Source of the DNA: a virus
Strand: one strand, 5' to 3'
DNA: 64,000 nucleotides
Virus record (IMG/VR): IMGVR_UViG_3300014911_000001
Span: 1-64,000 of that record
Shown here: positions 19,739-30,173 of the stretch, in pieces
How the letters are laid out: each line of letters starts with the position of its first letter
Numbering within the stretch: position 1 is the first letter of the stretch
Position numbers and translations under genes: made by a program
Notes under the pieces: model-generated
Told to the model about the DNA's origin: nothing
The model's input: the letters and a program-made list of their open reading frames with translations, nothing else
The model's database searches: none

Positions 19739-20145
19739 TGAAAAAGGTTATTTTTATAATATTGTTAATATATATAATAGCTTTACCTGCCGATATCAAG
19801 GTTTTTATTGATGCTGCTGTCGATACCACATATGGTGTTAATGGTTATAAATGGTGGGTTTTTTATAAATTTGGTGATAGCACATATTTCGTAACAGACT
19901 GGGCACAGCCTATAAAACAATCAAAGATAAGCAATGATACCCTTATTATATTCATTCCATTCTATGTATTCTTTGAAAGTGATAGTTGCATAAGGCAGGT
20001 TGCTCTCTATCCAGTCCCCGGTACTGGTATGAGCTTGCATGTGAGGATAAGAGAGAAGACAGGGGTCGTAAAGAATTCATGTCTAAATATAGACTTTACA
20101 TATTCGTCCTACTTGCGTGGGGGTGTTTGGTATCTCAAGCCATAG
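19738..20145 (+). CDS. Secreted protein 2
   Basis: Signal MKKVIFIILLIYIIALPA|D. Confidence 0.75.
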   Translation: MKKVIFIILLIYIIALPADIKVFIDAAVDTTYGVNGYKWWVFYKFGDSTYFVTDWAQPIKQSKISNDTLIIFIPFYVFFESDSCIRQVALYPVPGTGMSLHVRIREKTGVVKNSCLNIDFTYSSYLRGGVWYLKP

Positions 20146-21074
20146 GTCAGACGGTTATATCAGATAGTGCAGAGAATTGGTATAAATATCGTGTTTCTAG
20201 CATTTACTGTTATGAAGGCTGGGAGCCGCCGGCTTCTGTTATAAACTACATTGGTCTGTGCAGCATACCTTTTGATTCGGTCTTTGCTCATGTATATATG
20301 GTATCAACAGATTCAGGCTGTTTTCCTATATTAATATTAAAGAGGCAGCGCGTATGGTCGGGGTTTCGCTACATAGATGGCAAAGAGAACTGTAATTATA
20401 ATCTCTGTGTGAAGGGGGAGGATAGCTTATTAATTGAAGTTATCTCAAGGGTTAGTGATACTGTGTGCCTTAATGATACCTGCATGGTAACACCATTTGT
20501 ATATCATTATATTAGAACAGACACAACAGAGACGCTTATTAATATTTGTACTAATGGTTCTAATGATGTGATTATCAATGTTTATGGAGACGCTGTTTAT
20601 TATGAAGCCCGCGCCTATCCATTTTTTAATGTCTTAAGAGACCATGCTCTCTTTCCCATAACATCATCATGGATTGAGTGGGTTAGTAGGAAGTTGATGC
20701 ATAAGGATTCAATAAATATTAGTGATTTTTTAGAGATTTATTTTACATCAGAAGCTATGGGGCGTCCTGTTTTGCCAGAAGAATATAAGTATGCGTTAAT
20801 TTATACTGATAGCATAAATTATGGTTATGGGTCACCACGCTGTCCTGTCGTAGATGAATGTTATATTGACTATGGTTACCTATTTAGGTGGGGTGCAAAC
20901 AGTTATTTAAGTGGTTGGCTTACATATTTTAACCCTTATGAAACATCTGGCATAAGGGATACCACAATTAAGGAAGGAGTATATTGGTTTACCACAAGGA
21001 GAAAAACAGATGGCACAAACTCATTCCATAAGGGTTATATTCATCCTACTATTCCTTGGTCTTTCTATCATTAA
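20079..21074 (+). CDS. Secreted Cys-rich protein 3, partly paralogous to protein 1
   Basis: Signal MSKYRLYIFVLLAWGCLVSQAIG; shares (V/I)NxIGxCx(V/I)PFDxVFA with 18362..19738. Confidence 0.75.
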   Translation: MSKYRLYIFVLLAWGCLVSQAIGQTVISDSAENWYKYRVSSIYCYEGWEPPASVINYIGLCSIPFDSVFAHVYMVSTDSGCFPILILKRQRVWSGFRYIDGKENCNYNLCVKGEDSLLIEVISRVSDTVCLNDTCMVTPFVYHYIRTDTTETLINICTNGSNDVIINVYGDAVYYEARAYPFFNVLRDHALFPITSSWIEWVSRKLMHKDSINISDFLEIYFTSEAMGRPVLPEEYKYALIYTDSINYGYGSPRCPVVDECYIDYGYLFRWGANSYLSGWLTYFNPYETSGIRDTTIKEGVYWFTTRRKTDGTNSFHKGYIHPTIPWSFYH

Positions 21075-21498
21075 TGCGCAGTGTGTTCAGCAGGTTAATG
21101 CTGTTTCCAGAAGCGACGGCTTCCCTGATATATTACTGTATATCAATGGTCTTTATGACCGCTCATATGCAATAAAGGTCGAATATGTCATGTGTGATTC
21201 TATTGATACCCTCGTCTATCGTGGTAATGGATCTTGTTTATTAATTGGTAGTGAGCACATACTTGTTTTTAACGATATTAACATCGCACATATAAGAGTC
21301 CCTGTTTTGCCCGGGCATGACTATGATCTATACATATCTGCATTAGGTATAACAACATCGGGAAGTGATACGACAATAAGATATCATTTTTATTATAAGA
21401 TAGAAAATGTGGAGGAATGGATATGCAAAGAATTATTAATAGATACAGTGGTTGTCGATACATTAGATACATTGCCATCCTTTTCATCATCGCATTGA
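21010..21498 (+). CDS. Secreted protein 4
   Basis: Signal ...IFILLFLGLSIINA|Q; PVLPG resembles PVPGTG of protein 2. Confidence 0.75.
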   Translation: MAQTHSIRVIFILLFLGLSIINAQCVQQVNAVSRSDGFPDILLYINGLYDRSYAIKVEYVMCDSIDTLVYRGNGSCLLIGSEHILVFNDINIAHIRVPVLPGHDYDLYISALGITTSGSDTTIRYHFYYKIENVEEWICKELLIDTVVVDTLDTLPSFSSSH

Positions 21499-23948
21499 TC
21501 AGTACTTCATTAGCTGATCCCATTGTATGTGGAACTGAGTCCAATAGTAAATATGAAGATGTTGATAGCATGGATTTGATTTACATTATTAAGGGGGATA
21601 CGAATCATGCACAGATAGGGCGATGTGAGGATTCATATTTTAAGGCTATTTATTCGAAGGCTTTTTATCTAGTGACTGATACAGGTTGTGTCCCCGTTCA
21701 GGGTGCTGGAGGCTCGCCTCTTGAGTGCGATAGTTGTAAATTTTTCTCTACATTCTGGAATATGTTCATCCATACCAATGGTGAGACATTGTATGCGGAG
21801 CAACCGCATTTCAGGGAAAGCGATGATGGAGACACATTTATCTTTTATGATGCCTATTCTCCATTATCGCCGGGGAATAGAATGCTATGGATAAATGTTG
21901 AAGACATCTCACCTGATACGATAAGGATTAGTACTGACCAGAATAATAAAATTCTTAGCATTGGTAAGTTTAAAGAATTGTTATTGTGTGATCCATTTCT
22001 TGGAGCAACTAATTTAAGAGTTGATACGATTTTGTCATGTAATGATAATCTGGTAATAAGCCCGCCGGTTCTTTTTATGGATTCTACAACACTTATAAAT
22101 GGCGATATACATTGGAACGAATTGGATTCTATCGTTCAGTATCGTATTGATGAACCTCTTGATAGCATCGGCATCAGATACTTATGGATGTCTGGTGGTG
22201 AGCAATGCACACTTGATCTGATGATCAAGAACACCCCTATATTGTTCCAGTTCCTAAACAGTTACATCAATGTTGTTGTAGGTGATAGCGAGATGACCCC
22301 TAAAGATTTTGCCGAAGATTTTTGTCCTATCGAATGTACCAGTGCTCATCATTATAATGCTTGCCTTGCAGATACCGATACATTGATAATCTTTAGAATT
22401 GACCCGGGGGCTGCTGGCACAACAGCTGTCGATCAGATTATTGTGCACTATGAAGCTGACACCCTCTTCTCGCATGATACAACCGATGATACATTAATCC
22501 TTAATGATGGTACAACGGAACATATTTATGTACCTGTACCAACAGCAGGTAATGTTGGTTATGATTTGGTTATTGGCGACACATGTGACTGGGGTAACCC
22601 TATAGGATTGCATTCAGGTGGTGGCAGCACAGATACATTGATATTTAGAGTAGGGCGCGGGCTTCGTGTCTATAACGATAGGTTAGAATTATATTTGGAT
22701 ATAGAGAACCCCGGCTTAGAATTTAATGCTACTGAGGATGAATGCACTCTCTATACATTAAGGGTAGCCAATATTGACTCAACACACATAGCAGATAGTT
22801 CCATATCATGGGTTGATCTCAGCATCGCTGTAATGGAGAGCATAAGGGCAGGTAGATTGCGTGTATTGTGGGACCCAACCAATCAGGCGTCCAGTTGTAC
22901 TGACAATTTGACTGATACGGTCTCTCATGTAAGGACAGTAAGATTAATACCTCCTATACAGGCTCAATCAATAGGCGATACAGGGATATGTATCTATTTG
23001 GATTCAGTTGCTATAGGTCAGGCATGTGGATGTAATGCTATGGAACCTCTCTATAAGGAAGGAAGAGCTATAGGATTACATGCAGATGCATCACTCTTCA
23101 CTGTTAGTGGCGGTTATCTAACATTGAAACACCCTTTCATCTCTAAGGTGTTTTTCAATTATAAATCAACATCGTGTGTTGATACAGGTGATAGTAGTCC
23201 TAAAGGGTCTAAAATGTATGATTATTTGGTTATTAATGCTAACGAACCATTAGTTGCAACTGGTATTACAGCTGATGAAACTACGAAGGTAGAATTTTCA
23301 TTAGCATACGATGAGGATCTATTCACCATTGACACAACGGCACCTGATACATGCCAGCTTACTATAAGGGATAGGAGCATAACATGGAGATATATTGATA
23401 CAAGTGTTGCTGATACCATATGTAATCGTTGTGGAGGCGGCGCTTCACTCTCTGGATGGGATACAATACAGATGTTTCCTCAGTATAGCAATTGTATTGT
23501 TCTTAACAGTACATCGTCTGATGGTGTGTTAGATGTAATGATTGATCCTGATAACGACATGAATATGCCTGTTTATAGGTGGCGATCTAACTATAATAGC
23601 TCCTTCCAGACGATTATTTTACATGTAGTACAACCATTGATTGCAACAGACTCAACATTGGATACGATTAAGATATTGTTCAGGTATAGGAGGCCGAGCG
23701 CTCATGCAGATATAAAACTTGACTATAGGCTATTGGATAGTACACGCAGTACAATAGCTAGTGGTTCTAATATTACAATTGTAGGATCTCCATCCCCTAC
23801 AGGACCACCGGTAACATATACATACAAAATAACATGTGATGATATAAACATAACAAGATACATCCAACTTGACATAAAGATGAGGAGCAAATATGGTGCG
23901 CCGATTTATCTGGGTGACATTAGTATTATTTATAAGCGCCGCTATTAA
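21423..23948 (+). CDS. Large secreted Cys-rich fibre-like protein 5
   Basis: Signal ...YIAILFIIALISTSLA|DP; IADSSISW / IRDRSITW and GRGLRV..RLEL fibre-type repeats; about 30+ D[ST]x motifs. Confidence 0.75.
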   Translation: MQRIINRYSGCRYIRYIAILFIIALISTSLADPIVCGTESNSKYEDVDSMDLIYIIKGDTNHAQIGRCEDSYFKAIYSKAFYLVTDTGCVPVQGAGGSPLECDSCKFFSTFWNMFIHTNGETLYAEQPHFRESDDGDTFIFYDAYSPLSPGNRMLWINVEDISPDTIRISTDQNNKILSIGKFKELLLCDPFLGATNLRVDTILSCNDNLVISPPVLFMDSTTLINGDIHWNELDSIVQYRIDEPLDSIGIRYLWMSGGEQCTLDLMIKNTPILFQFLNSYINVVVGDSEMTPKDFAEDFCPIECTSAHHYNACLADTDTLIIFRIDPGAAGTTAVDQIIVHYEADTLFSHDTTDDTLILNDGTTEHIYVPVPTAGNVGYDLVIGDTCDWGNPIGLHSGGGSTDTLIFRVGRGLRVYNDRLELYLDIENPGLEFNATEDECTLYTLRVANIDSTHIADSSISWVDLSIAVMESIRAGRLRVLWDPTNQASSCTDNLTDTVSHVRTVRLIPPIQAQSIGDTGICIYLDSVAIGQACGCNAMEPLYKEGRAIGLHADASLFTVSGGYLTLKHPFISKVFFNYKSTSCVDTGDSSPKGSKMYDYLVINANEPLVATGITADETTKVEFSLAYDEDLFTIDTTAPDTCQLTIRDRSITWRYIDTSVADTICNRCGGGASLSGWDTIQMFPQYSNCIVLNSTSSDGVLDVMIDPDNDMNMPVYRWRSNYNSSFQTIILHVVQPLIATDSTLDTIKILFRYRRPSAHADIKLDYRLLDSTRSTIASGSNITIVGSPSPTGPPVTYTYKITCDDINITRYIQLDIKMRSKYGAPIYLGDISIIYKRRY

Positions 23949-26900
23949 TGCTTATCCTGTTACAGCAGTTAATAGTCTTCCTGATAGCTTTACTACATCT
24001 TTAAGGATTATTGATATCGAAGGCCGGCCTATTAAGGTTTCCTCTGTTGATACGATTGTTATTGAGACATTTTATGATACTATTAACACGCATGACACAA
24101 TTTTATTTCTTACATCATATACGAGCATTTTCCAGTTTGTTGAGTGGATCAAATATTATAGTGGAAATTATTATGTGAGGTTGAAGCCCGGCTTCGGTAG
24201 TAAAGGGACAAGTACTGATTCAATAAGAGGGCCGTGGCCTCCAGTTATGCATGAGATTTATCAGGGGGATACATTATACTTGTATACCCGTATTTACTTA
24301 CATATAAGGTGGGCACCATTTGAACATGCGTGGAATGATCAATTAAGTTACATACGACTATTATACATATGGAATTCAACAGCAAGCAAGTATGTCCTCC
24401 ACAAGATATCTACAGTGCAATTTGATCCAATTACTATTGGAAGGACAAATAGACATGAACTTTATAAAGAGGGATTGTTTTGGGGGCTTAACCTACGCAA
24501 GATTTACTTTCATTGTGATACATCAATGACTGATACAATATGCTACTTGCATTACCCCATTGATCTAGAACTTATCCATAAGCGATTACCAACATATGAT
24601 CGTTATTTCATCTTAAATAGTCTTAATATGTGTCGCTTTGTTGCTGATAGTGATAGCTCAGCATCAAAAGCATCTCCCATAAAACACATAATAAACGCGG
24701 GCTTCATTGACGACATAGCATCAATTATCTCGCCAGATACATCATTAGATGGTATAGGTTATATTAGTGATATTAGTACGCATCAAGATACATATGTAAT
24801 TGTTATAAATGGTATAACAAAGAGGAAATATCGTTTCTCTGGTATAACAGAGAGTGATTCACTTAATCCTGTTGATTCTGTTGTTGTTTGCAAAGGTTAT
24901 GGTGTTTCTGATAGTGTATTATATTTCCGTGCTCATAATGATACGGCTGTCATTGTTCTCAAGGCGCTGGCTTCCGACTCCTTTTACATCGCACTTTGTG
25001 CCATTGTCAAGGTTGACACAACCATTGATAGCTCAAGACATTTAACTTATATTGATTACTTACCAGTCGGGATCTTTAAGATTCCGCGTCGAACAAGTGG
25101 CGGCGGCTTAATAACAAGATTCATATCATGTGATCACTCGGACTTTCATATCGTGCAGCCCGGATTAATGCCGATTGCTTATGATACTCTATCAGAAATG
25201 CCCGATACAATAGGCGCGCCTCTCTTCAGATGGGTTGCTCTTACAAAAGGGATTATAACACATAATGATTCAACTAAGCTAGTAGCCGTTGCCATAATTA
25301 AGGACACAGTGCTTGTGTGGGATGTAACGAATGATACGACCATTATGTTTGGTTTACCTATCAGTATGGATACGACATACTATTATACTGAAATAGCATC
25401 CCAACCATATGATACATCCCTAATCGTATTCCTCCTTGATAATGATGATGAATTATTGTATATCCTTACCATCGACTATGATCTTTCATGGGATACTACA
25501 AGTATTCATTTACCATACTTAGGTCAAAGGAAATTTGTTTTTGCAACAACCTGTATTGATACAGGACCTTATTATGAGTATCCTATAGGGTGTAACTGTG
25601 ATACATCTGATACAGTATGCGATTCACTAAAATGGGATTACGAACTTATAGAACCTATAACAAAATATTCCTATCATACCGTTTACCCGCTCGTATATGA
25701 TAAAAAAGGCAAGTATTATATATTACTTAACTTAAATGATTCAATCGATGTCAGATCTGATTCTGTGATATATTTCTGGTCCATGACAATAAGGGATCTC
25801 ATAGAAGATGCCTTTGATAGCCTTCAATGGATCGATGTTAAACCAACATTAGCCGGTAGATCTAATTTGCTCCATCAGCCTTTCATTTATTACAAACTTC
25901 CTGGTTCATGGCATTGGGATATAAGAGGTGGCACATATGGACCTGCCGTCGGTTGGAATAATAGTTCTGTTTATCATGAATTAAACTGTCGCTATGCGTA
26001 CCTCTTATCACCGATACGTAACAACTTATCAGATGGGCGGCTTCGATATTGTTTGAAGGCATACCGTAATTATCCTTTGCGTTTGGGATTTGTTTATATA
26101 GATCCCAGTGGTATTTCAAATCCATCAGGAGTATATCCATGTGTTTATAGGATAAGTTTAAAGGGGAAATATTTTTCTAGCACTCGTATGTCAAGTTCAT
26201 GGTATTGGGCACACAGGGTTTATCCACGTTATTCATATGACTTCCAGATAGAGGTAGATCCCGGTACAGTGCCTGAAATGATTATAGGTACATGGACATA
26301 TACATTTACAGAAAATACTACATATGTTGAGACATATACTGACACGATTTTTGTACGAAATCAGATTAACCATACAGGTACTAGATATTACATAGAAGGA
26401 TTTGATTTTGCTAATATTGATAGTCTATTTCTTGTTAATTGGTGGGAGCATGGCTATCCATGGTATTCAACACTCCAATTTGACTTTTATTTTATTGATT
26501 ATACACCGCCGCGAAGTGGTGCTAGCATTACTGTTCTTGGGTATCTTGATAAACACCAAGCCGACACATTATTTAAAAATGATAGCATCTGTGGTAGATG
26601 CATCGATACACTAAATCCTTACTATATCAATGTAGTGCATAGAACAGCTAGTGGATTAATATCATTGACTAACGGGTTTATAGGCTTGATTATGGACAGA
26701 GAATTTGATTTCCGCAATGATGGATGGTTACAGGGGATACCTACATATTATTGGGATAAAAATGCTGAAACATGGCATCCAACTGGCGTTGATAGCCATA
26801 TTATTGATCTTCACATTTATTATGGAAGGCCGGGCTTCATCGATGCAACACCTAACTGTGTAGTTACCTACAATGGTTATCGATACCGCTCTCGCCATAT

Positions 26901-26976
26901 TATTAATCCTAATGAATATGGGACGTGGGGGTTAAGAAGGCGGCGCTTCTGGAATGGTATTAAGCTCCCGCCGTGA
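23893..26976 (+). CDS. Large secreted protein 6 (1027 aa)
   Basis: Signal MVRRFIWVTLVLFISAAINA|YP; beta-rich; about 40 D[ST]x motifs. Confidence 0.75.
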   Translation: MVRRFIWVTLVLFISAAINAYPVTAVNSLPDSFTTSLRIIDIEGRPIKVSSVDTIVIETFYDTINTHDTILFLTSYTSIFQFVEWIKYYSGNYYVRLKPGFGSKGTSTDSIRGPWPPVMHEIYQGDTLYLYTRIYLHIRWAPFEHAWNDQLSYIRLLYIWNSTASKYVLHKISTVQFDPITIGRTNRHELYKEGLFWGLNLRKIYFHCDTSMTDTICYLHYPIDLELIHKRLPTYDRYFILNSLNMCRFVADSDSSASKASPIKHIINAGFIDDIASIISPDTSLDGIGYISDISTHQDTYVIVINGITKRKYRFSGITESDSLNPVDSVVVCKGYGVSDSVLYFRAHNDTAVIVLKALASDSFYIALCAIVKVDTTIDSSRHLTYIDYLPVGIFKIPRRTSGGGLITRFISCDHSDFHIVQPGLMPIAYDTLSEMPDTIGAPLFRWVALTKGIITHNDSTKLVAVAIIKDTVLVWDVTNDTTIMFGLPISMDTTYYYTEIASQPYDTSLIVFLLDNDDELLYILTIDYDLSWDTTSIHLPYLGQRKFVFATTCIDTGPYYEYPIGCNCDTSDTVCDSLKWDYELIEPITKYSYHTVYPLVYDKKGKYYILLNLNDSIDVRSDSVIYFWSMTIRDLIEDAFDSLQWIDVKPTLAGRSNLLHQPFIYYKLPGSWHWDIRGGTYGPAVGWNNSSVYHELNCRYAYLLSPIRNNLSDGRLRYCLKAYRNYPLRLGFVYIDPSGISNPSGVYPCVYRISLKGKYFSSTRMSSSWYWAHRVYPRYSYDFQIEVDPGTVPEMIIGTWTYTFTENTTYVETYTDTIFVRNQINHTGTRYYIEGFDFANIDSLFLVNWWEHGYPWYSTLQFDFYFIDYTPPRSGASITVLGYLDKHQADTLFKNDSICGRCIDTLNPYYINVVHRTASGLISLTNGFIGLIMDREFDFRNDGWLQGIPTYYWDKNAETWHPTGVDSHIIDLHIYYGRPGFIDATPNCVVTYNGYRYRSRHIINPNEYGTWGLRRRRFWNGIKLPP

Positions 26977-27838
26977 TGAACTTGGCAAGCGATTTATTAT
27001 TAACGATGCTATCGAATGTAGCCTCGCCAGCAATGCGTCTTAATAAAGCATTTATCTTTACTAACATCTTACGAGGGGTTTTATCGTAGCCAAGAAGCCG
27101 CGCGGCTTCCATGCTTACAAACATATTATCCACCAAATCATAAGCAATCTTTATCCCTTCTGTAGGTCGATCCTGTGTGTAAACATTGATAATATCAATA
27201 TGTAATGAAGCCACGCTCGAAACCTTTTCAACTTTATATAGTGACTTAATCATTGTCTTTCTAAAATCCCCTCCGGGGCTGTCCTTCTTAACCTTTTTCG
27301 CCAGTTTCCTGCTCCAAGCGATATTAGAAACAAAGACAAATGGCACGCGGCTGCTCAACCATCTATAAATACCCATCATGAACCTAGAGAAGCCTGCTCT
27401 ATCAAATGCCTGTGGCGGCATATTAAACTCATTTTCTGATATCATAGCCGCTGCATTCAGAATAAAAACACCAACAAGTGCATCATAACTTGCAACAGCA
27501 TCATAGATTTCCTTTTCAATGCTTTGTTTAAATGAATTCTGAAGAATTGTTATATTCCTCTTAATCCTATCAGGTAAGGATTGTAATAACTTACTGTCAG
27601 ACGTATGTCTTATAGGATCGATTATTAAAACAGGGAAGGATGATGCCAATGTTGTTGCATAATGGAGAATAAGATCTTCACAATGTGAGTTAGGATACAT
27701 TAGAAATTCATGGATACCTATGGAAGGAAGGAAAATTTGATCAAGCTCTATTATGCCTGATGCAACGAAAGGATTGTCATTATTATATATCCCTTCCTCT
27801 TCTATGAGCTTTCTCACATCAAAATAATCAAGCTTCAT
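26960..27838 (-). CDS. RecA/RadA-fold protein with degenerate Walker motifs
   Basis: ASGIIELDQIF..GIHEF, VLIIDP, VFILNAAAM, FVFVSN, SPGG; the P-loop position reads YPNSHCED. Confidence 0.6.
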   Translation of the reverse strand: MKLDYFDVRKLIEEEGIYNNDNPFVASGIIELDQIFLPSIGIHEFLMYPNSHCEDLILHYATTLASSFPVLIIDPIRHTSDSKLLQSLPDRIKRNITILQNSFKQSIEKEIYDAVASYDALVGVFILNAAAMISENEFNMPPQAFDRAGFSRFMMGIYRWLSSRVPFVFVSNIAWSRKLAKKVKKDSPGGDFRKTMIKSLYKVEKVSSVASLHIDIINVYTQDRPTEGIKIAYDLVDNMFVSMEAARLLGYDKTPRKMLVKINALLRRIAGEATFDSIVNNKSLAKFITAGA

Positions 27839-30099
27839 ACTAATGCTCCCTCCTTTATATTGAATCCAAACTTCTCCAGTAATTTAGATAATTTATCGGA
27901 ATAATACTCATATGCAAGATCAATTTTATCCTTCCAATTCGGATCGTACTCTCTATCGACAAGATGGTAATGTCTGTTTTTGTTTACGACATATTCAACT
28001 TTTGTGCCGTGTGTTATTTCATTTATCCCATGTCGTTCCATAAGCTGGCGGGCGAGGCGGGCTTCAACACTATTTTTATTCTTGTATTCATCAGGATGGC
28101 TTTTTGATATCGATGTAGACATAATAAATTTTTCCACAGGAAACTTTGTAAGATCAAGATACTTATGTAATAATGATTGGTCCTCACCATAGAATATGAC
28201 GCGAACAATATCCCATAAACATTCCTTATAAATAGGCGGCTGCTTCGGTGATGCTAAAGCCGATCCCTTAAAGATAATAGTATCGCCATCCTTTAGTACA
28301 TAACTCTTCATAGCTATTGAATACATGGCATCATATTCTTCCTGCTCCATGAATGTTGTGATGTTCTCTTTATCAATGCCGTACTTTTTATGTATATAAG
28401 CCGCGACGGCTTCATTTATCTCATTTACATCAACGTAATCCGATATATAAACACCATCAGTATCATATTCTATAACACTGTCTCCAAGCTTATTAATAAC
28501 GAAACTTATAACATCACGGCAGAAGCCAACCACTACGATGGCAATGGAAAGATCACCTACCTTGGAATTTTTGTTTCCATGTATCCCATAGATTGAGTTC
28601 ATAACAACCTTACGTGCAACCTGCGCTGCTTGTGTCGCTTTATACTCAGGACTATCCTTTTTTAACTTTGATAACTTTTTCTTAAGCATTTTCCTATCGT
28701 TATACATCTCCTTAAGGACAAGACGGTAAATGCTATCAGATGATTGATCTATCTCAACAACAATCGTTTTATCAAGATTATCGTCAGGTACCTCTATGAT
28801 TAAGGATGTATCCTTCCAGTACGCATTAATATTATCTTGGTAATCCTTAACCTCAATAATCTTTGTTGTATCGGGACCAGCATTTAGTGTTATGAGTGAG
28901 TTAGGATAGAAGGAGCTGAAATCGATTTTATACACAGGTTTGAAGTAACCTTTCTTCTTGACACCGATAAGCGCGCCTTGATATTTATTCCATATCTTCT
29001 TTGTATTAAATGATGCTATGCGTCCATCCAATCCATATTTCTGTGCATTGGAGAGAAGCCCGATGACCTTTTTCTTAAATAAGCCGCGCAGCGTTACGAT
29101 ACGTGGTATAAAAGCAGGATATGAATTCATAATAGCATCAAGAGGTACCTGCATGTATTCAGCTAGTGCAATAATGTTATCAATGTAACGCATAGCAAGT
29201 TGATATGTTAAAATAATGTCATTTTGATGGTATCTTTCTAATTCCTTCGTGCCTACCCATTCACTCATGTTCATATGTGGAAGGCGGACGGCTTCATATC
29301 CAAAATATTCACCTACCGTCTCCAGCTTTTTATTCTGTAATTTTCCCAGTAGTGATTGATCTTTGTCAACTGATTCCCATATGTCATAATGGAGGAAGCC
29401 GCGCGGCTTAATCTCTATTGACGACCCCTCCTGTGTTGCAAGGAATAGACGCTCGAATTCATCTATAAGGTCCAATCTTACACATCTTTCATAAATGTAA
29501 CGCAGATCGAAGTGCTTGGAATAATAACCTGCTAAAACAGTAGGTTTCACCTCTGCAATAGTCCTAAGAAACCACAGTAATAGTTCCCTTTCCTCCTGTT
29601 CTGTGCCTGATGTATATCTTGCTAATAGCCGTTCTCCATCATAGATACCCAATGCAATAATAGGGTCTGTATCGTAATTGGCAAATTCGCCTGCATGGCT
29701 AAGAACCTCGATATCGAATGATGCTACCCGTACGGTTGATTTACAGTTGAAAAGATGTGGTGCAAACACATAGAGTGCTTCGTTTGCAGCGAGGTGGAAG
29801 TATGGAAGCCGCCCGTTTTTTAAGCGATGCACCTTGCGTCGGAGGTAATTGCGGTCAATTTTGTTAATGGGAAAACCACATACATCTTCATCAACTCTTC
29901 TCGATGCAAAGACACAAATTGAAGCCGGCTCCAGTGTTCCAATAACTCTGAAGCGAGTGAGTTCATAATGCTGCGAAAATGATGGAACAAAAAGCAGCTC
30001 CCCTACCGGTAGTTTAATGTACTTACCATCCTTATAATCTGTGAGAAGGAAGCCTCGCCCTTTTGCGAAGTATAGCTTAAGTGGTACCGCTATTTGCAT
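27835..30099 (-). CDS. polB: Family B DNA polymerase
   Basis: SFDIEV, GYYSKHFD, YHQND, DFSSFYPN, RKVVMNSIYG, YDTDG, KSY. Confidence 0.95.
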   Translation of the reverse strand: MQIAVPLKLYFAKGRGFLLTDYKDGKYIKLPVGELLFVPSFSQHYELTRFRVIGTLEPASICVFASRRVDEDVCGFPINKIDRNYLRRKVHRLKNGRLPYFHLAANEALYVFAPHLFNCKSTVRVASFDIEVLSHAGEFANYDTDPIIALGIYDGERLLARYTSGTEQEERELLLWFLRTIAEVKPTVLAGYYSKHFDLRYIYERCVRLDLIDEFERLFLATQEGSSIEIKPRGFLHYDIWESVDKDQSLLGKLQNKKLETVGEYFGYEAVRLPHMNMSEWVGTKELERYHQNDIILTYQLAMRYIDNIIALAEYMQVPLDAIMNSYPAFIPRIVTLRGLFKKKVIGLLSNAQKYGLDGRIASFNTKKIWNKYQGALIGVKKKGYFKPVYKIDFSSFYPNSLITLNAGPDTTKIIEVKDYQDNINAYWKDTSLIIEVPDDNLDKTIVVEIDQSSDSIYRLVLKEMYNDRKMLKKKLSKLKKDSPEYKATQAAQVARKVVMNSIYGIHGNKNSKVGDLSIAIVVVGFCRDVISFVINKLGDSVIEYDTDGVYISDYVDVNEINEAVAAYIHKKYGIDKENITTFMEQEEYDAMYSIAMKSYVLKDGDTIIFKGSALASPKQPPIYKECLWDIVRVIFYGEDQSLLHKYLDLTKFPVEKFIMSTSISKSHPDEYKNKNSVEARLARQLMERHGINEITHGTKVEYVVNKNRHYHLVDREYDPNWKDKIDLAYEYYSDKLSKLLEKFGFNIKEGALV

Positions 30100-30173
30100 A
30101 TCAACGCCTCCTTTTCAACTCCTTTACCACAGCGGGCAGAGGGGCACCTGTGCGGTGCAAAGAGGATTACTCA

